NCBI GenBank assembly: GCA_017437785.1
Contig: JAFRXH010000027.1
Location: forward strand, 22,716 to 86,715
Direction of reading: 5' to 3'
DNA from: Lachnospiraceae bacterium
GTDB taxonomy: Bacteria > Bacillota > Clostridia > Lachnospirales > Lachnospiraceae
DNA length: 64,000 bases
Shown here one piece after another: positions 57,505-64,000 of the stretch. The number at the start of each line of letters is the position of its first letter. The stretch's first letter is position 1. Made by a program: the position numbers and the translations under genes. Below the pieces are notes generated by a model, which did no database searches, was not told where the DNA came from, and worked only from the letters and a program-made list of their open reading frames with translations.

Positions 57505-58203
57505 ATGAACAGGATACTGATATGTGATGATGAGAAAGATATCGTACGCGCCATAGATATTTATCTTAAGGCTGAAGGCTACGATACCGTAAAGGCGTAT
57601 AACGGAAGCGAGGCACTTAAGCTTCTTAAGGATGATAAGGACATACGGCTTGTGATCATGGATATCATGATGCCCGAAATGGACGGGATAGAGGCACTCT
57701 CGGAACTCAGGAAGTTTTCCAATGTTCCGGTCATATTCCTTACAGCAAAATCGGAAGATGCCGATAAGATCCTGGGGCTTAATCTGGGCGCTGATGACTA
57801 TATCACCAAACCGTTTTTGCCGGCGGAACTTACCGCGAGGGTCAGATCTGCCCTGCGACGTTACACGATGCTGGGGAGCATATCGACAGAGAAGACTGTT
57901 ATAAGCGTTGGCAGTATAAGCTTGGATGACCCGGCCAAGGAAGTTCGTGTTGACGGGGATATCGTTAATCTCACAAAGACTGAGTACGAGATCTTAAAGC
58001 TTTTGATGCAGGAGCCGGGAAAGGTATTTGCTCCGGGCGAGATCTATACGAAGGTATGGGGAGACGATCCCTACGGTACGGAGAATACTGTGGCTGTGCA
58101 TATCAGGCGTCTTCGTGAGAAGATCGAGATCGATCCGGCAAAGCCGCGCTATCTTAAAGTCGTTTGGGGAAGAGGATATAAGATTGAAGGCGGCAGCAGA
58201 TAG
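57505..58203 (+). CDS. OmpR/PhoB family response regulator
   Basis: ICDDE, IMDIMMPEMDG, KPF, NTVAVHIRRLREKIE...VWGRGY. Confidence 0.95.
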   Translation: MNRILICDDEKDIVRAIDIYLKAEGYDTVKAYNGSEALKLLKDDKDIRLVIMDIMMPEMDGIEALSELRKFSNVPVIFLTAKSEDADKILGLNLGADDYITKPFLPAELTARVRSALRRYTMLGSISTEKTVISVGSISLDDPAKEVRVDGDIVNLTKTEYEILKLLMQEPGKVFAPGEIYTKVWGDDPYGTENTVAVHIRRLREKIEIDPAKPRYLKVVWGRGYKIEGGSR

Positions 58204-58226
58204 AATGCGGCCGGCATACGGAGGAT

Positions 58227-60323
58227 ATGATGGAAGAGAAAAAGAAGAGCTTTATACGAACGGGCATTTTTAATGCCATATGCGCGATACTGTGCGCGGC
58301 AGCAGCCACGGCGCTGATCTATGTTACGGTCATTATGATGGTGGCAAGAGTAGGCGGGTATTCCGGCATGAGCCGTGAGGGGATGGTGAATAAGGCTATG
58401 GACCGCATCAGCGCAAACAATATGCGCATGCTGATGAATGGTTTTACTGTAGGATATGCGCCGGAAAAGGAAGAGGTGGAAGCGGATCCCGAAGGCGTGT
58501 ATGCGAAGCTTAATGAAAACTGGAAAAGGCTTCTTAAAGAATACAGCGGCATTAAGAATGTGGATTTTGCCGTGATCGTTTCGGAGAATGAGGATATTGA
58601 CAGGATCGATACGGGAAAAGAGGATTCATATTTCTACAAAAGTCCCGCCTATACCGGCAGCTATAAGTATGTACTGAGCGGAAAAGTGTTTTTGTCAAAC
58701 TTTTGGGTCAGGAGCAGTTTATACAGCATAGTAATACATGATGATGAATTAAGTATGGGATCGAACAGATCAGGCGGATTTTCTGATATGCAGTATTATG
58801 TGCATATATTGTTTAAGACAGCGGATACCATATCACATAATCCGGATGATCCCTTTGATGATATGTATGTAAATGGCAGTCTCAACGCTTTTCTGAATAC
58901 TCTTTTTGTGATCGATCAGCAGGGGGACGTTCTGGCGGTGAGTCTGACGATAGCGGCGCTGGTATTTCTTATACTGTATTTTGTAAGCGCGGGTTATCGC
59001 CGGAATAGGGAAGGGATATATCTTAACTTTTTCGACCGTATCCCGCTTGAAGTGATGTCCGCGATCGCCATCTGTGTTGAGATCTTTATGGCATTTGTAC
59101 TGTATAACATGCTTAAGTATTTTGCACGGGATATCGAGGATTATATCGGCTTTACGGAAATGGTATTTATATGCTGCGCGCTTATCTTCATCGCGGCTCT
59201 GACCGGTATCGGTTTTCTGGGAACGATCGCCGTGCGCATCAAAGCAAAGACTTTATGGAAGAATACGCTTATATGGCGTATAAAAGATTGGGTGTTTAGA
59301 TCGATCGCAAGGTTTGCCATGTGGACGGCAGAGCATGTTCCCCTGGCTGTGATACTGGGATTATCCCTGCCTGTGATAGCGGTGATATCTATTCTGGAAG
59401 CAGCCTTTATGCAGGATGCATCGGAAGCCATGGCCTTCTTCTTTGTACTGGAAAGACTTGCATGCATAGCGCTGATGTTTTATCTGATATGGGGATATAC
59501 TAAGCTGCGTGACGGCGCTAAACGCATCGCTGAGGGGAAGACTGATCAGGCGGTCGATGATAAGCGCTTGATCGGTTCATACCGGCTTTTTGCAAGGGAT
59601 CTTAACGGAGTGAGTCAGAGCATACAGCTGGCTGTTGATGAGCGCATGAAGAGCGAGCGTATGAAGACGGCGCTTATAACAAATGTTTCACATGACATAA
59701 AAACCCCGCTGACTTCGATCATAAATTATGTGGATCTGCTGAAAAAAGAGGACACCACAGAGGCTGATAAGAAGGAGTATCTTGAGATACTTTCAAAGCA
59801 GTCGGATCGTTTAAAGAAACTGATACAGGATCTGATAGATGCGTCAAAGGCTTCTTCGGGAGCTGTGGAAGTGACGCTTGCGGAGACGGATATGTCTACT
59901 TTGGCAAAGCAGCTTGAGGGCGAGTACCATGATAAATTTGAGCAGGCAAAACTTAATGTGGTGATGAAGAATATGGATGAGCCGCATATCATAAAAGCCG
60001 ACAGCAATCTTTTGTGGCGCGTCATGGATAATCTCTTTAACAACACTTTAAAATATGCCATGCCCGGAACAAGGGTTTATCTGGAATGCAGCGAAAATGA
60101 CAAAGAGGTGAGTTTTAGCATCAACAATATCTCAAAAGAGGAGCTGGGGATATCCGGGGATGAGCTGATGGAACGTTTTGTAAGAGGAGACAGATCCAGG
60201 AATACGGAAGGGTCGGGACTGGGCTTATCCATAGCTAAAAGTCTTATGGAACTGATGGGCGGAGACCTGGCCATACACGTCGACGGGGATATGTTCAAAG
60301 CCGTGATATCGATAAAACGCTGA
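58227..60323 (+). CDS. multi-TM sensor histidine kinase
   Basis: ITNVSHDIKTPLTSI, NTLKYA, GSGLGLSIA; large N-terminal sensor with about 5-6 TM. Confidence 0.93.
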   Translation: MMEEKKKSFIRTGIFNAICAILCAAAATALIYVTVIMMVARVGGYSGMSREGMVNKAMDRISANNMRMLMNGFTVGYAPEKEEVEADPEGVYAKLNENWKRLLKEYSGIKNVDFAVIVSENEDIDRIDTGKEDSYFYKSPAYTGSYKYVLSGKVFLSNFWVRSSLYSIVIHDDELSMGSNRSGGFSDMQYYVHILFKTADTISHNPDDPFDDMYVNGSLNAFLNTLFVIDQQGDVLAVSLTIAALVFLILYFVSAGYRRNREGIYLNFFDRIPLEVMSAIAICVEIFMAFVLYNMLKYFARDIEDYIGFTEMVFICCALIFIAALTGIGFLGTIAVRIKAKTLWKNTLIWRIKDWVFRSIARFAMWTAEHVPLAVILGLSLPVIAVISILEAAFMQDASEAMAFFFVLERLACIALMFYLIWGYTKLRDGAKRIAEGKTDQAVDDKRLIGSYRLFARDLNGVSQSIQLAVDERMKSERMKTALITNVSHDIKTPLTSIINYVDLLKKEDTTEADKKEYLEILSKQSDRLKKLIQDLIDASKASSGAVEVTLAETDMSTLAKQLEGEYHDKFEQAKLNVVMKNMDEPHIIKADSNLLWRVMDNLFNNTLKYAMPGTRVYLECSENDKEVSFSINNISKEELGISGDELMERFVRGDRSRNTEGSGLGLSIAKSLMELMGGDLAIHVDGDMFKAVISIKR

Positions 60324-60329
60324 AGGTTT

Positions 60330-60375
60330 ATTACAAAACTGTAATTTGATTGGGGATAACAGGATATGCTATACT
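60330..60375 (+). promoter_or_regulatory. response-regulator box plus extended -10 upstream of the FtsX-like permease
   Basis: ATTACA-AAAC-TGTAAT (60330-60345); TG-c-TATACT (60367-60375); no canonical -35. Confidence 0.7.
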
Positions 60376-60397
60376 TTTCCAAAGAGGGAGAGATAGC

Positions 60398-63061
60398 ATG
60401 TCCTATTATTTACACTTAGCTTTTAAATATATTAAACACAACAAGGCGCGTACCGCATATTCAGTACTGGGGATCGCGCTGACTTTTGTATTATGCTTCT
60501 GCATTCTTACCATGGGCTTTTCGGCCTGGGATTACAGTTTTTATACGGACTATCAGGCAAATCCCTATGAATTGATCTATATCGCGCACGGTGATGATAA
60601 TAAAGAGATAATATATACGCCGCAGATGATAAATGCGCTTAAGCATTTGACGGAGGATGAGGCGGCAGAGGAAGTGCGCATCAGTTCCCGTGATGTTCGT
60701 CTGGTGCTGCCACAGCAGTTGAAGGTTGGGGAGAGCTATGATTTTAAGATCAAACTTAAAAATACGGACAATCTACAAAAGAGCGCTGATATGCTTGGGA
60801 AGAAATACGGTTTTGAGCTGCGCGTCATAAGTACTGCAGCGGTATATTTCGGACAGGGAGAAGCTGAAAGTGATGCGTTGGTTAAATTCCTGATAGAGCT
60901 GGCAGCAGCTTTTATAGGCGGTTTTTCCGTGATGATACTCAGAAACACCATGATGATAGCGGTAACGGAGCGGGGCAGGGATTTCGGACTGCTGCGCTGC
61001 GTGGGAATGTCCGACGGACAGCACAGGATGCTTCTTTTTACGGAAGGCATTGTTATGAGCATCTTTGCATCGGCCCTGGGTATGGGCTTTGGATTCTGGC
61101 TGCTTAAGCTTATAGAACCATGGTTTATCAAGAGCCTTGGACTGGCTTCATTTTTCAGTTTCCGTTTTTATCCGAAGGCAGCAGTTTATACTTCTGTCCT
61201 GTGCGTGGCAGTGACCTTGTTTTCGATGTTTGAGCCGGCAAGACTGTGTGCGCAGGTATCGCCTCTTGAGGCTCTGCACGGTGTGCTGGCAAAGGAGCTT
61301 ACTGTGGGCAGAGCTATAATGCTCCTGGCGGGGAAGCTTACCGGAAGCAGTAAAAGAAAGCGCAAAAGCAGAAAGAGTCTTATGGAACGCATCTTCGGTG
61401 CTCCCGGGTTTTATGCTAATAAAAATCTGCTGCGGGGAAAAGGAAAGGGAGTGGCGGTATTTATGGCCATGCTTTTTTCAATGTTTCTTCTGCTGAGCCT
61501 TTCATCTTTTACAGATACATACACAGAGACTTTCAGAACCCTGATAAGAGACATGCATACGGAGTATACGGAATATCTTGTGATGTCGGAGGGGGACAGG
61601 CTGACAGTTTTATATGATGCAGGAAAACATGAAAAACTGCGTGAAGCGATTATGAAGCGGGATAAGGTTAAAGACTGCTTCTGGATAAGTGTAGGCAGCA
61701 GTAATCTTCGCAGCCTGTCGGCTTATTCTTATGATGACAGACTTAAGGAATATGCAGACCGCGGGGAGCTGGAGAGGATATACGAGCTGGGCTGTGTAAA
61801 GGAAGATATGGAAAAAGAAAGGCCTTATCTGTTGGAAGGGGATATAGATTATGAGCGTATGGTCGCTGAAAGCGGAGTGCTGCTGTGCGATATAAGCCCT
61901 TCTGATGAGAGCGGAAAAAGAAAGACAGATTATAAGGCGGGGGATATAATTGAGACTGTCAGCTTCGAAGGCGAGTTTAAAGCAAAAGATGCATACAGTG
62001 CCGCGATCGCTGCAGTGTCCGAAAGACATGGGATGGATGCCTGGCAGGAGAATAACGATCAGATAATATTCTTTGAGAACGGAGAGAAAAAGAGCAGGAA
62101 AAGGGAGAATGGTGAGAATGTCCGTGTTCTTTTCAGGCTGACGAAAAATGGCACGGAGGATGAAGAGTTTTCTCCTCTGCAGGATGAAGTGCTTAATGAG
62201 CTGGCGGATGCGGGTTATGACTGCAGGGAATATCTTAAGGGAAACAGTATCAGAATGCTCGATGTGCTTGATGCGCTGAAGAAAACCATGTTTGAGAGGG
62301 GGATGAGGCAGCAGCACAGGATATTTGGGATATTAGGGAGAGAGGTATGTACGGGAAGCAGATGGGAATTAAGCCGGAAGGAACATGAAAAAACCAATTA
62401 TATCAGACTGATAATGCCTATGGAACTGATAATGGAGAGGATAGAAAAGGTAGCCGAAGCTAAAGGACTTACAGCCGCAGGTTTTGATATTAACCGTGAT
62501 CTGGATATAATGACGGCTCTTTGTATTGATATACCGTCATCATTGGAACTGGCCATAGCCCGGGACATGGAGATATTGGATGAAGACATAAGGGGATTTG
62601 GGGAAAACCGTGGTCTGTGGTATTATAATCTGTATGAGATGGACGGAGCTGATTACTTCGAAACGATAAACATGCTGAATGTTTATAAGGTGATCGGCAC
62701 GCTGCTGGGAAGTTTTATACTGGCGATATGCATGACTCAGATACTTAATACCCTGCAGGCAGACATGCGCATACGCCGTAAAGAATTATGGCTGTATGAT
62801 GTAGTGGGAATGGATCCGGCCCAGAGGATAAAGATGATGCTGATAGAGCATGGCTTTGGAGCGGTTACAGCCTGTCTTATCGGGGCAGTGCTCAGTTTTA
62901 TCTTCTGCTACATAATGCTGGGAGTGCTGAATGTAGACGGCGACATGATCTTTTCCTGGCCGCTGGTCCCTGCACTGCTCATTACCGCCGGGATATTGGG
63001 GCTGATACTGCTGGTGAACTATATAGAGATCCGGCAGCAGAATAAGATGATGAAAAGGTGA
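60398..63061 (+). CDS. FtsX-like (MacB/BceB-type) ABC permease with large extracytoplasmic domains
   Basis: AFKYIKHNKAR, ERGRDFGLLRCVG, RRKELWLYDVVG motifs; ATG 60398 after GAGGGAG. Confidence 0.88.
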   Translation: MSYYLHLAFKYIKHNKARTAYSVLGIALTFVLCFCILTMGFSAWDYSFYTDYQANPYELIYIAHGDDNKEIIYTPQMINALKHLTEDEAAEEVRISSRDVRLVLPQQLKVGESYDFKIKLKNTDNLQKSADMLGKKYGFELRVISTAAVYFGQGEAESDALVKFLIELAAAFIGGFSVMILRNTMMIAVTERGRDFGLLRCVGMSDGQHRMLLFTEGIVMSIFASALGMGFGFWLLKLIEPWFIKSLGLASFFSFRFYPKAAVYTSVLCVAVTLFSMFEPARLCAQVSPLEALHGVLAKELTVGRAIMLLAGKLTGSSKRKRKSRKSLMERIFGAPGFYANKNLLRGKGKGVAVFMAMLFSMFLLLSLSSFTDTYTETFRTLIRDMHTEYTEYLVMSEGDRLTVLYDAGKHEKLREAIMKRDKVKDCFWISVGSSNLRSLSAYSYDDRLKEYADRGELERIYELGCVKEDMEKERPYLLEGDIDYERMVAESGVLLCDISPSDESGKRKTDYKAGDIIETVSFEGEFKAKDAYSAAIAAVSERHGMDAWQENNDQIIFFENGEKKSRKRENGENVRVLFRLTKNGTEDEEFSPLQDEVLNELADAGYDCREYLKGNSIRMLDVLDALKKTMFERGMRQQHRIFGILGREVCTGSRWELSRKEHEKTNYIRLIMPMELIMERIEKVAEAKGLTAAGFDINRDLDIMTALCIDIPSSLELAIARDMEILDEDIRGFGENRGLWYYNLYEMDGADYFETINMLNVYKVIGTLLGSFILAICMTQILNTLQADMRIRRKELWLYDVVGMDPAQRIKMMLIEHGFGAVTACLIGAVLSFIFCYIMLGVLNVDGDMIFSWPLVPALLITAGILGLILLVNYIEIRQQNKMMKR

Positions 63062-63111
63062 GTCAAGCGGGTCCCTACTAATGCCAAAAGGCAGGCCCCT
63101 TCCTGTGACCT

Positions 63112-63180
63112 GGTCATCCTGAGGGCATATACGGTCATCCTGAGGGCATATACGGTCATCCTGAGCGAAGCGAAGGATCT
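63112..63180. repeat. REP-like element with 21-bp tandem duplication of its left end
   Basis: ggtcatcctgagggcatatac x2 (63112-63153) then ggtcatcctgagcgaagcgaaggatct. Confidence 0.85.
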
Positions 63181-63208
63181 TGAAAGACTTTCGTTAACAA
63201 TAAAGTAA

Positions 63209-63796
63209 ATGAGTGAAGAAAAGATAGTCCTTCGGGATAAGGACATCCGCGAACCATTATTTGAATATCTTGAGGAGAACTGCGGCAAGGTCCGTATCCT
63301 TGAAGAAAAGGTGATAGGCCGCGTGCGAGCCGATGTTGTAATGGTAACGCCGGGGCTTATCTACGGTATTGAGATCAAATCAGACGCAGATACCTATGCA
63401 AGGCTTGAAAAGCAGGTCAAGTATTATAACTGGTATTACGACCGAAATATCATCGTGGTGGGTTCAAAGCATGCGCTTCATGTGAAGGAACATGTGCCTG
63501 AGTGGTGGGGCATAATATCTGCGGAGTTTGATGATAAGGGCGGAGTGGATTTTTATGAGCTGCGTAAGGCTGCGGATAACCCTAAGGTTAAGGATCACAG
63601 AAAGATTACGATACTATGGAGGTCGGAGCTGGCCCATCTGCAGGCGCTTAACAAACTGCCCAAGTACAGCAAAAAGAGCAAGGATTATGTGAGGAAGCTT
63701 CTTCTGGAACGCGTGGATCCCGAAAAACTCTGGGCCCAGGTTACGGAAGAATTATTTGAGCGGGATTACAGCAAGTACAGTAAGGATGAGGACTGA
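63209..63796 (+). CDS. sce7726-like protein (putative PD-(D/E)XK nuclease fold)
   Basis: DKDIR N-terminus, EEKVIGRVRADV, GIEIKSDADTYARLEKQ, VPEWWGII. Confidence 0.78.
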   Translation: MSEEKIVLRDKDIREPLFEYLEENCGKVRILEEKVIGRVRADVVMVTPGLIYGIEIKSDADTYARLEKQVKYYNWYYDRNIIVVGSKHALHVKEHVPEWWGIISAEFDDKGGVDFYELRKAADNPKVKDHRKITILWRSELAHLQALNKLPKYSKKSKDYVRKLLLERVDPEKLWAQVTEELFERDYSKYSKDED

Positions 63797-63894
63797 GCGG
63801 CTGACACAAAGCCAAAAAAGCCCGGAAGAGCAATGAAGATCAAGAAAGAGCGCGAAATCATTGCTTTTAAGAGCGAGGGAAAGGAGAAAAACAG

Positions 63895-64000
63895 ATGGAT
63901 GTAAATGAACTGGTGGACATGATCGACGGTAAGATGAGCAGCGGCGTGAGCCGGCTCTCCATAGGCTTCAGCGAGGATCTGAATACAGGCGTAAAGAAGG
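63895..64000 (+). CDS. hypothetical protein, N-terminal part (runs off the window)
   Basis: ATG 63895 after AAGGAG; open frame MDVNELVDMIDGKMSSGVSRLSIGFSEDL to the window end. Confidence 0.6.
   Translation, partial: MDVNELVDMIDGKMSSGVSRLSIGFSEDLNTGVKK

Noticed and set aside
63112-63165. Mini CRISPR-like array
   Set aside because: Spacers are identical and 9 bp long, and there are no cas genes; it is a tandem duplication of a REP end.
1-64000. Prophage, IS, integrase, rRNA or tRNA genes
   Set aside because: No transposase, integrase or phage structural motifs in the ORF track, and no tRNA or rRNA signatures seen in the short intergenic regions.

Overview
A 64 kb chromosomal window from an anaerobic Firmicute, most likely Lachnospiraceae (Butyrivibrio-like). 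This is inferred from gene content and synteny, not from a database search. Almost all genes lie on the + strand; the only convincing - strand genes are a small membrane protein (311-547) and sseB. The first ~25 kb is accessory envelope and regulatory content: a YtrA-type GntR/double-ABC operon, an acyltransferase-3 plus SH3-SGNH lipoprotein pair, an ECF sigma/anti-sigma pair, an AgrC/LytTR-type two-component system wrapped around its probable target operon, sseB, a HipA-like kinase locus, ridA, argG, trkAH and a PadR/DUF2812/ABC cluster. The rest is mostly core: trimeric [FeFe]-hydrogenase hydCBA, argJBD, comEA-RR-HK-GerMN-comEC, holA, a Na+/solute symporter, metF plus split metH, glyA, a beta-CASP nuclease, an aldo-keto reductase, an OmpR-type TCS, an orphan FtsX-like permease and an sce7726-like nuclease. 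No rRNA, tRNA, CRISPR array, transposase or phage genes were recognised. The best candidate for an undescribed system is 13392-14496. There, an apparently leaderless HipA-type kinase gene is followed by a separate small gene resembling the N-terminal (HipS-like) domain of clostridial HipA proteins, with no HipB/HTH partner: a permuted 'kinase then HipS' toxin-antitoxin-like module. Other notable items are a family of GTCAT...GGATCT REP-like repeats including a nested 190-bp composite, a 15-bp-periodic operator array, a BceR-type box in front of an ATPase-less permease, and an MtrAB-LpqB-like trio inside the comE locus. All family assignments come from motifs read by eye and need HMM/BLAST confirmation.
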